Sequence record: NC_010811.2
DNA length: 64,000 nucleotides
Reading direction: 5' to 3' (one strand)
Part shown: positions 55,309 to 63,998 of the stretch, one piece after another
Position numbering within the stretch: the first letter of the stretch is position 1
Layout of the letters: every line of letters starts with the position of its first letter
Made by a program: the position numbers and the translations under genes
The notes under the pieces: model-generated
The model's database searches: none
What the model was told of the DNA's origin: nothing
Seen by the model: only the letters and a program-made list of their open reading frames with translations

Positions 55309-56001
55309 CTACGTCAGTTCTCGGGTCAACGTGGGCACTTCGGGGTCTTTGAACAGGTAATGCTCAAGGCTGTTGAAGCATTTGAGGACGCCGTCCACTC
55401 CCGTATGCGTTTGACTCCACTTCCACCACTTGCCGCACAGTGCTTGGCTGTATAGGAAGAGGGGCCGATCGTTCAGGTCAGGGAAGCGGTAATACACGTA
55501 ACGAGGGAAGTCGTGCTGCCGAGTGTCCTGCACGAACCACTGATCCGTGGTCAGCACCAAGCGCACGCCGTTGTTCACGGTGTCGTACACGCCAATCACG
55601 TACACAGTGCGCCCTCGCGTCATGACTGCTAGATGCCCATGCTGCCCGCTGTTCACCATGAACGAGGTGAACAGCCAGCTATGCAGAAGAATCTGCTGCT
55701 GGATGCGATGCAGCTTGTACAACTGGCGGCTGGACTCGAACTCGGCTTCCATCAACGGAAGCCGCTCCTCCAGCACACTATTTACTGCTTCGGGCGTGGA
55801 TCCAACCGTGAACACCGAGAACGACTTGGCACGCTGGGGCACGTGAATAGCGACAGGCGGCACTTGTGCGGCTTGCACCTGACACTCGCCACGATAGCGG
55901 TGAGGGGTGTGGTTCCACGTGTGTGGGTCTTCAAACTGGGGGAAATTAGACTGCGGTCCGTTGGCGGACAGCACAAGGCTTGCGTATAACTGGCGAGCCA
56001 T
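55309..56001 (-). CDS. Hypothetical protein
   Basis: 230 aa, SD GAGGTT. Confidence 0.6.
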   Translation of the reverse strand: MARQLYASLVLSANGPQSNFPQFEDPHTWNHTPHRYRGECQVQAAQVPPVAIHVPQRAKSFSVFTVGSTPEAVNSVLEERLPLMEAEFESSRQLYKLHRIQQQILLHSWLFTSFMVNSGQHGHLAVMTRGRTVYVIGVYDTVNNGVRLVLTTDQWFVQDTRQHDFPRYVYYRFPDLNDRPLFLYSQALCGKWWKWSQTHTGVDGVLKCFNSLEHYLFKDPEVPTLTRELT

Positions 56002-56010
56002 AGAAACCTC

Positions 56011-56394
56011 TCAGTGGGTCGTGGCGCGCACCTGAAAGTCAGGAAGCGGGTCGTTGTTGATGAGCCCTCCAAACTGAAGGGCCAGTTCCTCTGGATCAGC
56101 GATATCCAGTGTCGTGATGTAGGACACTATCCAATTGGTCGCCCGTTCGATGTCGCGAGTGAAGAGCAGGTTGCTCCACACCTCGCGCACGAAGATCGAA
56201 TAGTAGTAAGAAGACGCCGGGGACAGTTCAACTATCAAGATCTGGTAGTTGGCCCACCCCGTGTCCACTTGTCGAGCCATCACCGCGTAGGTTGCATACG
56301 GATGTTGCTCCAAGTCGCTTATCACGTACTCCAATTCGCCAACCCGATTCACTGCATACCGTTCGCTGACGGCATCGGTATCGGTCATTGTCAC
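56011..56394 (-). CDS. Hypothetical protein
   Basis: 127 aa, ATGA overlap with the polymerase stop. Confidence 0.6.
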   Translation of the reverse strand: MTMTDTDAVSERYAVNRVGELEYVISDLEQHPYATYAVMARQVDTGWANYQILIVELSPASSYYYSIFVREVWSNLLFTRDIERATNWIVSYITTLDIADPEELALQFGGLINNDPLPDFQVRATTH

Positions 56395-59300
56395 TCCATG
56401 AACTCTGCAACAGCTTCGGAGATCTGGCGATCAAGGTCTGTGACCCCCAGCAGCGGATAGCTCTTCTGCAGAGCACGGCGTACCTTCGGATCAGTCCACG
56501 GCCGGAACACGCGGCGCAGCACGTCTTCCTTCTTGCCCTCCAGCACACCCAGCTTCTCGGCGTCGTCAACAGCCGCCTTCAAGTGAGCGACCAGCTCCTT
56601 CACGTCCCACGACCACTTGCGGCTCTTGTCGTCGGACACACCGATTTCGCACTCGATCTCAGGAGCAATCGTCCACTTGAAGTTGAACGCCTTCTCGTAG
56701 GCAGCTTGCACGCCGTACGTTGCTTGATACTGCAAGATGTGGATGAAGGGGATCACCATATCGTAGGGAACCATCTTGTACAACGCATCGTGCACTGCGC
56801 GTTGACTGAACACCCGCAGCTCCCAATCCGAACGATCGATGCCCAGCATTTTCTTGAGCTTCGGTAGCCGCTTGTAGTACTCCGTGATGATCAAGCGATC
56901 TGCCTTGTTGCCGATCTCGCTGGCCACCCCTTGGATTGGCGCGTTGGTGCCACGCCGCACCTGCTTGCTGATGATTCGCTTGTCACCGGTCATGGCGGCG
57001 TACAGGTGACGAACGCGGCCATTGAACGAGTAGACGTAGAACTTCTCTTCAGCCATCTTGGACATGCGCTGAATCCAGCGGTGACCCGCCTTAAATTCAC
57101 CGAACATCTTGTCGACGATGCCTTGCGCGTATTCCGAGCGATCTTCGTTGAACAGGGCGGTCAGCTTGTCGTCCAGCTCTTCCAGCATCTCGTTGATGCG
57201 CGCCAGCCGCTTCGCGTCCTTGCACGTCAAGCTCTCGTCGTACAGCTTGGCAACCTCAGCGCGCAGACTGGAGATGTCGCCTTCCTTGGTATCCTCGCCC
57301 AGTGTCTCAGCGCCCTTGCCATAAATCACGCCGAACACAACCTTCTTAACAGCGTCACGCAGTGGGTGATCCTTGTCCACCAGCTTCTTGAAGAAGCGCT
57401 GCACGTTGAGAATGTGGAAGTCACCCTTCTCCTTCAGCGCCTTCTTGTTGGCGTCCGACGGATCTTGAATGAATGCCTGACGCAGCTCAAGGCCAGTGCG
57501 GAACGCGGCGGCGATCACCTTGTCGCCGGACGCCACACTCCAGATACGAACTTCATGTGCCGAATAGTCGAAGCGCACCAGCAGGTAGCCGGGGCGCGCA
57601 ACGAACAGCGTCTTCAACAGTTTGGACAGCGGCCCGCGACTTGGGATCTGCTGGAGGTTAGGGTCCTTGGAACCCAAACGACCAGTATCCACAAGGAAGT
57701 AGTCAGCGCGCAGGCTGTCGTCAGTGGACTCGTCAAGCGCGGTGTTCAACCGACGCGACCATGCCTTGACGTAGGTGGAGATCACCTTGGTCAGCGCCTG
57801 ATACTCGCCATACAGCGCCACCACCTTGTTCTTGTCCTTGTAGTGCTTGATGAACTCCTTGTCGATCTGCGGCTTGCCCGTGATCTTGGACATGGACAGC
57901 GGTTCCAAGCCCAGCACGTCGAAGAACAGCTTGGCCTTGTGGTCAGGCTTCGTGGGTTGGAAGATCCACTTGTCGCTAACGCCACCAAACAACGACTTGG
58001 CCTTGAACCCAGAGTCGCTCAGCAGTTCTTTGTTGGCTTTGCGCACTTCGTTCATGAGACGCAACTGGTCTAGGGTCTTCGCCATCATCTCGCGCAGTGG
58101 GCTCTTCGGCCCCATCAGATGCTTGAGCGCCGGGCGCGACAGACTGCTGCCGTCGTTGCGCATGTGTGACAGCGCGTGCGCCGTATCGCTCATCTGCTGC
58201 TCCATGTGACGAACGAAGTACGGCGCGAAGCTCTGGCCATCGATCTCCATGTACGAAGCACGCTTGATCTGCATCTGACGGATGTGCGCAATCGACACGG
58301 TGTCGGTCGACGCATACTCCAGGAAGTCAGGGTTGTCTGGCTTCACCTGTCCACTAGTGCTACGCTGCGCCTTGGAGAAGGCCGCAGTGTAGTAGTGGTC
58401 GTTGCCGTAGCTGGTAAAGATCGGAGCCAAACCACCATACGTCGCTTTCTTCCCGTCAGGGTTCACGGCATTGGACGCCGCGTTCAGTAGGCTGGCGTTC
58501 TCGTCAAGGCTGTGCTCCGCGAACATGATTTCCCACACCGGCAACCACATGATGGGAATGCGCAGAATCTGGCGGATCACGCGCAAGTCAAACATGTGGC
58601 CGTTGAAGGTGATGAGCAAGGGACCGGTCTTGGCCGCGAACCGCTGGCGCAGCTCACGCTTGATGTACTGACGTTCTTCCTTCGACCAGTGAGTAAGCGG
58701 ATGGTCGATAGCCAACACATAACCCGCGTTGGGATTGTGATTGGTGGTGAACTGCATCGTGTAGATGCGGTTGTGCAAGCTGCTCAGGTTCTTGGTTTCG
58801 GTATCCAGTGCGCAGTATTCGGCAGTGTCAAACCGCTTCATCAGCTTGTCGAACTGGTCGATAGTCTTGATGAAGCGAGGCTCTGCCTTGACATGCGCCA
58901 GCGAGAACGGATGATGCTCGATCAGCAACTGCGCAAGGTGACGCGTCCAGAAGCCGAGCAAGTTGGCCAGTGCCCCATTCTTATCCAGCAGCCGGGCAAA
59001 GTCCAGGGTGGACGCGGCCTTGAACGAGAAGTCATCTTCCTTCAGCGTATGAATCCAACCCCGCTTGTAATGACCGTACGCAATCTGCGGATAGGTGACG
59101 GACAGCGCCTCGTCACCTGAGAACAGAACGTGCGTGGGGCGAAGCTTGCGAATCATCTGGCGCAGACGGTCAGCGAATACCAGTTCCGCGTCGTGGCGCC
59201 CACGTGACGACATGTGCAGATGGCGTGCCGCGTTGAAATTGGCCACGGCCAAAGCATATTCAGGTACCGTCTTGTCGGTACCGCGTAGGTAGGTCTGCGC

Positions 59301-59543
59301 CGTTTTGCGCGCATACTTGTATGCGTTGCGGAATGCAGTGAACGTGCCAACGTCGCCCAGCAATTCGCCTTCCTTGCCCGTACGTTCAGACGGCAGATCG
59401 CGACTGTCCACTGATTGGAACACGATGAGCAACCTGCGCTTGGACTGCTTCCAGTCACTGTCCATCTTCAGCAGCAGGTTGTAGGGAGCATTCCGCTTGA
59501 AGAACTCGTTCTGAATCTCGAAGCGAAACTGTTTGTCAAGCAT
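56391..59543 (-). CDS. Family A DNA polymerase with 3'-5' exonuclease and N-terminal UDG-like domain
   Basis: Exo I ALDTET, Exo II FNGHMFDL, Exo III YASTDT; motif A DYSAHEVRI, motif B RDAVKKVVFGVIYG, motif C VHDA. Confidence 0.92.
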   Translation of the reverse strand: MLDKQFRFEIQNEFFKRNAPYNLLLKMDSDWKQSKRRLLIVFQSVDSRDLPSERTGKEGELLGDVGTFTAFRNAYKYARKTAQTYLRGTDKTVPEYALAVANFNAARHLHMSSRGRHDAELVFADRLRQMIRKLRPTHVLFSGDEALSVTYPQIAYGHYKRGWIHTLKEDDFSFKAASTLDFARLLDKNGALANLLGFWTRHLAQLLIEHHPFSLAHVKAEPRFIKTIDQFDKLMKRFDTAEYCALDTETKNLSSLHNRIYTMQFTTNHNPNAGYVLAIDHPLTHWSKEERQYIKRELRQRFAAKTGPLLITFNGHMFDLRVIRQILRIPIMWLPVWEIMFAEHSLDENASLLNAASNAVNPDGKKATYGGLAPIFTSYGNDHYYTAAFSKAQRSTSGQVKPDNPDFLEYASTDTVSIAHIRQMQIKRASYMEIDGQSFAPYFVRHMEQQMSDTAHALSHMRNDGSSLSRPALKHLMGPKSPLREMMAKTLDQLRLMNEVRKANKELLSDSGFKAKSLFGGVSDKWIFQPTKPDHKAKLFFDVLGLEPLSMSKITGKPQIDKEFIKHYKDKNKVVALYGEYQALTKVISTYVKAWSRRLNTALDESTDDSLRADYFLVDTGRLGSKDPNLQQIPSRGPLSKLLKTLFVARPGYLLVRFDYSAHEVRIWSVASGDKVIAAAFRTGLELRQAFIQDPSDANKKALKEKGDFHILNVQRFFKKLVDKDHPLRDAVKKVVFGVIYGKGAETLGEDTKEGDISSLRAEVAKLYDESLTCKDAKRLARINEMLEELDDKLTALFNEDRSEYAQGIVDKMFGEFKAGHRWIQRMSKMAEEKFYVYSFNGRVRHLYAAMTGDKRIISKQVRRGTNAPIQGVASEIGNKADRLIITEYYKRLPKLKKMLGIDRSDWELRVFSQRAVHDALYKMVPYDMVIPFIHILQYQATYGVQAAYEKAFNFKWTIAPEIECEIGVSDDKSRKWSWDVKELVAHLKAAVDDAEKLGVLEGKKEDVLRRVFRPWTDPKVRRALQKSYPLLGVTDLDRQISEAVAEFME

Positions 59544-59568
59544 TTGAACCTCGTGGGCTGTGTGTTAC

Positions 59569-59913
59569 TTAGTGGGTGTCCTTGGTGTCCAGCACCAGAC
59601 GCCCCGAATTCTTGCGTACCTGAATGGCCTTGTCGTCAAAGATCTGCACGCAGTGCCGATCCTTGATGCAGGTAATGGGCAACACCTGACCGAGGTGTTC
59701 GTGGCACCATGCCTCGATGGCCCTCACCTTTTCGGGCGACGATTCAGCAACTCGCGCAGTGAAGATGCGAACGTCACGGCCTTCCGTCAGCCAGCGCTGA
59801 ACGCGCTTCACCATGATGAGAATGGGCTTTCCAATGTGCGTGGGGCCACGGTACTTGTCGTAATACGCCAAGGTACCATCAAGGTCCACGCCAATCCAAC
59901 CGCGTTCGCTCAT
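59569..59913 (-). CDS. Small HAD-family phosphatase (subfamily IIIC-like)
   Basis: GVDLDGTLA, IFTAR, IFDDKAI. Confidence 0.75.
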   Translation of the reverse strand: MSERGWIGVDLDGTLAYYDKYRGPTHIGKPILIMVKRVQRWLTEGRDVRIFTARVAESSPEKVRAIEAWCHEHLGQVLPITCIKDRHCVQIFDDKAIQVRKNSGRLVLDTKDTH

Positions 59914-59931
59914 GATCCATTCTCCAAAATG

Positions 59932-59961
59932 AAAAAGCCCAGTAGCAGGGCCACTGGGCTT
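59932..59961 (-). terminator. Intrinsic terminator
   Basis: AAGCCCAGT-loop-ACTGGGCTT followed by a T run on the - strand. Confidence 0.75.
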
Positions 59962-59971
59962 ATTTACCGCC

Positions 59972-61063
59972 TTACTTGTGATGTGCGAGAAACGACAGCC
60001 AATCGCGCTCCGATCGCTTGTCGTAGCCGCGCAACCCCATGGCGTTGAGGTTCAGTCGCGGGAAGCGTCGCTTCATACACAGCGCACGATCCATGACCGC
60101 GGCAATGCTGTCAGACGACGTGGGATCCGCTTGGTACAGCATGTTGAGCCACGTGATCTCGCGGCTGCCGATCGTAGGCACGCCCAACACCACGGCGTCG
60201 GCCGCTACGATGTTGAACGTTTCCGAGAACGACACCTGCGTCACCAAGTCCATGGACGCCACAAGCTCTTTGAACTTGGCGTGCACCATCCACGGATGTT
60301 CGACCAGCTCGTGTTGCGGGTAGTGCTTGAACATCAGGCGCAGATTCTTGAGGATCTGATCGCCGTTCATCTCGATGCGACCGCCGTTGATGTGGAAGCG
60401 CAGGCGACGATTGAGCCGGGCTGCCAGCTTCAGCGCGCCAATCGCCTGTTCCATGTGGTTCTTCAACGGACGTACGGCACCAAAGCACCCGATGTCCAGC
60501 GTGTCGCAGTGGTCCGGCTTCATCTCTCCGTCAACGAGATGCGTTGTCGGATAGTAGTTGGGCAGGTATGCGACCTTGGAGGCGATGTGTTCTGGCGTCC
60601 ACGAGGGGTTCGCCATCTGCACTAGATGCAGGGTTTCCTCGTACATGCGCGGGCTATTGGCCGACATGACGACATTGGGACGCTGCACGTACTTCAGCAT
60701 CCAGTCGAAGGCGATCCCTTCCTGGGCTAGGAATGGAGTCTCCGAGTGATTGCGGATCACATACTTGATCTTGGGGTTGACCGACAGCAGCTCGTCGAAT
60801 TTCTCCGGCACAACCCAGAAGGCTTCAACGATCACTACCTCAGCCTGGAAGGCCATCGCTTCCCGGTAGATCGTCGAATTGTCTTGCACGTGAACCAGCT
60901 TCACTGGCACGCCGTGTTGCATCAGCATGTCGACAACCATGCGAGCGCTATTGAACAGGCCGCTGCTCAGCGGCTTCTTGCCGTCGCTGTAGCACCAGCT
61001 ATTGATGTCGTTGTAGTCGCTATCGCGATACTTGAGGACGAAGAGGGTGCGTGGGTACGTCAT
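59972..61063 (-). CDS. GT-B fold (GT4-like) glycosyltransferase
   Basis: FGAVRPLKNH and SFSETFNIVAADAVVLGVPTIGS motifs. Confidence 0.75.
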   Translation of the reverse strand: MTYPRTLFVLKYRDSDYNDINSWCYSDGKKPLSSGLFNSARMVVDMLMQHGVPVKLVHVQDNSTIYREAMAFQAEVVIVEAFWVVPEKFDELLSVNPKIKYVIRNHSETPFLAQEGIAFDWMLKYVQRPNVVMSANSPRMYEETLHLVQMANPSWTPEHIASKVAYLPNYYPTTHLVDGEMKPDHCDTLDIGCFGAVRPLKNHMEQAIGALKLAARLNRRLRFHINGGRIEMNGDQILKNLRLMFKHYPQHELVEHPWMVHAKFKELVASMDLVTQVSFSETFNIVAADAVVLGVPTIGSREITWLNMLYQADPTSSDSIAAVMDRALCMKRRFPRLNLNAMGLRGYDKRSERDWLSFLAHHK

Positions 61064-61128
61064 GAACTACTCCAAATGTTGGGACCATCAGGGAACTCCT
61101 TGCATCTTGTTCTTGTGCTACATCAAAT

Positions 61129-61863
61129 TCAGGGGTGGTAGTTGAGGAGCGACCAATAGTCGGCAGCATTGCCAATGTCCAGCACCACCTTGTTGGAGTA
61201 GCGAGTAACGTCGGCACCCAGACACTTGAGCGCGGGTCCGCCGCTGTACAACACGAGAGGCGCGTCCAATCCGATGATGTGTTCCACGGCCTCGTCCAGC
61301 TGACGCCAGTTGTTGAGCTCGAAGTAGTGCACACGCACGCCCAGCACATCACGGCAGCGAATCTGGAGTGCGTCGGCCAAGCCGCGTGACGCGTGCAGGA
61401 AGATGAGGGACCCCGCCGTCTTGTACAGTTCGGCCTGCGCCTGCTGCGTCCACACGTTGACGAAGAAGTTGTCAACGTACTGCTCGCGCGGACGGAACAG
61501 GTCATGAACGCTGTAGTACGGCTGCGTGATGCCCGAGATGTTGGGCGCGAAATAGTCGCTGTCGTTACCAGCGGACAACAGGCGGCGATGGAGTTCGCCG
61601 TAGGTGATGCCTTCGATGCCCATGCGCTTGCGCCACGCTTCGTCGTAGTCAGAGACCATGGAGTCTGCGGCACGCCACCGTTTAGAGGCATCGGCACAGG
61701 ATTCCATCAACTGACGTTCACCATCGCCCATGCGAGCGACGCTCAGTGATCGGTTGTTGATCAGCGCGTCACCCACCAGATAGTAGAAGGCCCATGCACT
61801 CATGGTGCGATTGGCAATGTCGACGGCACGTTCAGACAGCGAGGATAGGACCATTCCGGACAT
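61129..61863 (-). CDS. Putative GT-D fold glycosyltransferase-like protein
   Basis: RMGDGE near the N-terminus and C-terminal LYSGGPALK..VVLDIGNAAD, typical of GT-D-like domains. Confidence 0.55.
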   Translation of the reverse strand: MSGMVLSSLSERAVDIANRTMSAWAFYYLVGDALINNRSLSVARMGDGERQLMESCADASKRWRAADSMVSDYDEAWRKRMGIEGITYGELHRRLLSAGNDSDYFAPNISGITQPYYSVHDLFRPREQYVDNFFVNVWTQQAQAELYKTAGSLIFLHASRGLADALQIRCRDVLGVRVHYFELNNWRQLDEAVEHIIGLDAPLVLYSGGPALKCLGADVTRYSNKVVLDIGNAADYWSLLNYHP

Positions 61864-61880
61864 GTTGATGCTCCTTAGTC

Positions 61881-61911
61881 AAAAAGAAAGGGGACCCAAT
61901 GAGGGTCCCCT
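61881..61911 (-). terminator. Intrinsic terminator downstream of the tRNA cluster and Zn-finger gene
   Basis: AGGGGACCC-loop-GGGTCCCCT with TTCTTTTT on the - strand. Confidence 0.75.
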
Positions 61912-61912
61912 G

Positions 61913-62158
61913 TTATGCGCGTGACTGCAGTTCGAGGACAGTGTCGTCGTCTGCAAACTGATCGAAGTAATGGTACTCAGGGCACCGAAGTGAGTAATGC
62001 CCGCCGCAGGAATCACACGCGGCTTCGCAGATGCGCCAGTCTTCCACAGGGTGGAACTTGTCGCATTCTGGACATTTCAGATCGTGCTCGGTGAGTGTCG
62101 GTGGACCATCCAGTAATGGACCGTGATCCTGAATGAAATCGTACACGGTAATGGTCAT
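61913..62158 (-). CDS. Small Cys-rich Zn-finger protein
   Basis: CPEC, CEAACDSC, CPEYH; SD GAGGTG; start at ATG 62158. Confidence 0.6.
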   Translation of the reverse strand: MTITVYDFIQDHGPLLDGPPTLTEHDLKCPECDKFHPVEDWRICEAACDSCGGHYSLRCPEYHYFDQFADDDTVLELQSRA

Positions 62159-62174
62159 AGACACCTCGGTGTTA

Positions 62175-62293
62175 TGGAGTCGCGCCCCGAATCGAACGGG
62201 ATGGGATGTAGCTGAATTCAACCAGACCAACGTGCGGCCGCACGCCTACACCTCTTATGTATTCATACCAGCAGCCTACTGGACTCACGCGAC
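62175..62293 (-). ncRNA. 119-nt tRNA-like RNA with acceptor stem, T-arm and CCA but an expanded branched core
   Basis: 5' GTCGCGT pairs with GCGCGAC-T-CCA; T-arm CCCG-TTCGATT-CGGG; no canonical anticodon arm. Confidence 0.55.
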
Positions 62294-62300
62294 AAAGACT

Positions 62301-62376
62301 TGGAGCGGGCGACGAGACTCGAACTCGCGACATCTTGCTTGGAAGGCAAGAACTCTACCAACTGAGCTACGCCCGC
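62301..62376 (-). tRNA. trnG: tRNA-Gly (anticodon UCC)
   Basis: Full 76-nt cloverleaf: GCGGGCG stem, anticodon loop CTTCCAA, TTCGAGT T-loop, encoded CCA. Confidence 0.95.
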
Positions 62377-62389
62377 AGAAACTGAAACA

Positions 62390-62459
62390 ACTCCCTTAGT
62401 GGGTTCGAACCACTGCCTGCCCCCGTCGGGACCGCTCTACCACTCTAAGCTAAAGGGAA
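62390..62459 (-). ncRNA. tRNA-like element with the anticodon loop reduced to a 4-nt loop and no encoded CCA
   Basis: Intact acceptor (TTCCCTT/AAGGGAG), D-arm (GCTT-AGAGTGGTA-GAGC) and T-arm (AGTGG-TTCGAAC-CCACT); anticodon arm GTCCC-GACG-GGGGC. Confidence 0.65.
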
Positions 62460-62528
62460 TTGAGTTTGCTCACCAGCATGGAGAAGGTGCGCACAGTGCA
62501 CCCCCTTGGTCCATACACGGCTTGCAGA

Positions 62529-62606
62529 TGGTCCGAGTGAGAGGATTCGAACCTCCGACCCCCTGATCCCAAATCAGGTGCGCTAACCAGACTGCGCTAC
62601 ACTCGG
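62529..62606 (-). tRNA. trnP: tRNA-Pro (anticodon UGG)
   Basis: Full 78-nt cloverleaf: CCGAGTG/CACTCGG stem, anticodon loop TTTGGGA, encoded CCA. Confidence 0.95.
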
Positions 62607-62613
62607 TAAACAG

Positions 62614-63000
62614 TTAGACCGCCAACGACGATCTATGAAAAGCGATGTGCCTGAACACTGGCAACTCTAGCGTCGGCGGGTTGATGGGTAGTCCCCAAGC
62701 TTCCAGCAGTGGATGAAACGTTGAGTCGATCCAGCCTTCGGCAACCACAGAATCGGAATTTGTGGACAGCGTAGGTAGCGGGCGCGCAGTTCGTCTGTAG
62801 TAGACAGACTTATCGACAGCGCCACGCTCATGGGGCAAGCGTTCAACCAAGTTGAGTTCTACGCCTAGTCGCAGCGCCAAACGCACTTGGTACACGTTGG
62901 ACCCAAGCATGGACACTAGGTCCAATGCCGCGACCTTTTCAAATTGCTCAGCCGCCTTCAGAATCTCGATCTGCTGGCGAGTCAGGGTAATCTCTGGCAT
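62614..63000 (-). CDS. Hypothetical protein, possible winged helix
   Basis: LTRQQIEIL..DLVSML..VRLAL..LVER..YYR pattern. Confidence 0.5.
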   Translation of the reverse strand: MPEITLTRQQIEILKAAEQFEKVAALDLVSMLGSNVYQVRLALRLGVELNLVERLPHERGAVDKSVYYRRTARPLPTLSTNSDSVVAEGWIDSTFHPLLEAWGLPINPPTLELPVFRHIAFHRSSLAV

Positions 63001-63340
63001 GGAAGTCCACGTCCTCTACGTCAGTGTTGCTAGGGGCCGCTAGTCGCGGCCGGGGTTGGGGCAATGCCAGCGCCGTTCGGTCAACACGTGGAGGCGCTTG
63101 ATACACTTCAAGCGACGGGATGACGAATGTTCTTTCATCTCGCCACACACTGCTCTTTACCGGTGCCACGCACACATACCACTTCTCGTTGTCGTGTGCG
63201 AAGCAGAACGGTTCTTTGGGGCGCAGTTGCGACAGATAGGTGGTGACCACCTGACCGTCGCGGTACACTTCGATCTCGCGATCATTCGGCCCTTGCTGCT
63301 GGCTTACGTCGCGCTGTGCTACGTACGGCACCAGTTCCAT
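62948..63340 (-). CDS. Hypothetical protein
   Basis: SD AGGAGG, ATG 63340. Confidence 0.55.
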   Translation of the reverse strand: MELVPYVAQRDVSQQQGPNDREIEVYRDGQVVTTYLSQLRPKEPFCFAHDNEKWYVCVAPVKSSVWRDERTFVIPSLEVYQAPPRVDRTALALPQPRPRLAAPSNTDVEDVDFHARDYPDSPADRDSEGG

Positions 63341-63680
63341 CTTCACCTCCTAACGCAGACAACATCTTCTGGAGCTTGAGGATGCGCGACTGAAGCTGGA
63401 CCTTACGGCGCTCAACGATTTCTTTCAGCGCGCCAGCATCTGGGCCGTAGAGCTTCGCCACCCACTGAAGCTTGGTGACGACCACCACTTCAACGTTGTT
63501 GGCGCCTGCGTCAAGCTGCACCAGCGCGTCATCACCGTAGAAGTCGATCTTCTCGTCGATGATGGCGCGCAACTGAGCGAGCGACCCGCAGAAATCACTG
63601 AGCGAGTCGATATAGACAGCGCCCGGCACAGTGATGAGTCGCGTAGTCTTCAGCTCTTCACGAAAATCTTCAAGACTCAT
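63282..63680 (-). CDS. Hypothetical protein
   Basis: SD GAGGTT; C-terminal coiled coil; overlaps the next gene. Confidence 0.55.
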   Translation of the reverse strand: MSLEDFREELKTTRLITVPGAVYIDSLSDFCGSLAQLRAIIDEKIDFYGDDALVQLDAGANNVEVVVVTKLQWVAKLYGPDAGALKEIVERRKVQLQSRILKLQKMLSALGGEDGTGAVRSTARRKPAARAE

Positions 63681-63695
63681 AGGAACCTCTAAGGG

Positions 63696-63998
63696 TTAGT
63701 CAAGAAATACGGCGTGGCCGTCTTGAATCCAGCCATGCCACAGACCACCAGCCGAACCGTCGATCGACGGATGGACGGTGATGTTGTCGAATGTGGCTGC
63801 GTCAGGATCAGGACTGCACAACCACGTGATGTTGGAATACGCGTCGCCTGTAACGCCTTGGACTCGCGTCCAGCCGTGTTCAGGATTCTTACCCTCGGCG
63901 ATCTGCAAATCGGCCAACGCCGCAGTGAACAGCGCGTGCTGCTCACGCCAGCCAACAGACTGGAACATGCACGACTGATAGAAGCTCTTGTCGGGCAT
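63696..63998 (-). CDS. Hypothetical protein, DUF6527-like C-terminus (possibly 5'-truncated)
   Basis: TFDNITVHPSID..WHGWIQDG motif; runs to the window edge. Confidence 0.45.
   Translation of the reverse strand: MPDKSFYQSCMFQSVGWREQHALFTAALADLQIAEGKNPEHGWTRVQGVTGDAYSNITWLCSPDPDAATFDNITVHPSIDGSAGGLWHGWIQDGHAVFLD

Noticed and set aside
62175-62293. Calling the 119-nt RNA tRNA-Sec or tmRNA
   Set aside because: No UCA anticodon loop, the acceptor/T helix is too short, there is no G3:U70 alanine identity, and it is far too short to hold a tag ORF
62461-62528. Hairpin between tRNA-Pro and the anticodon-less tRNA as a further tRNA
   Set aside because: No TTCG T-loop or acceptor pairing; treated as spacer
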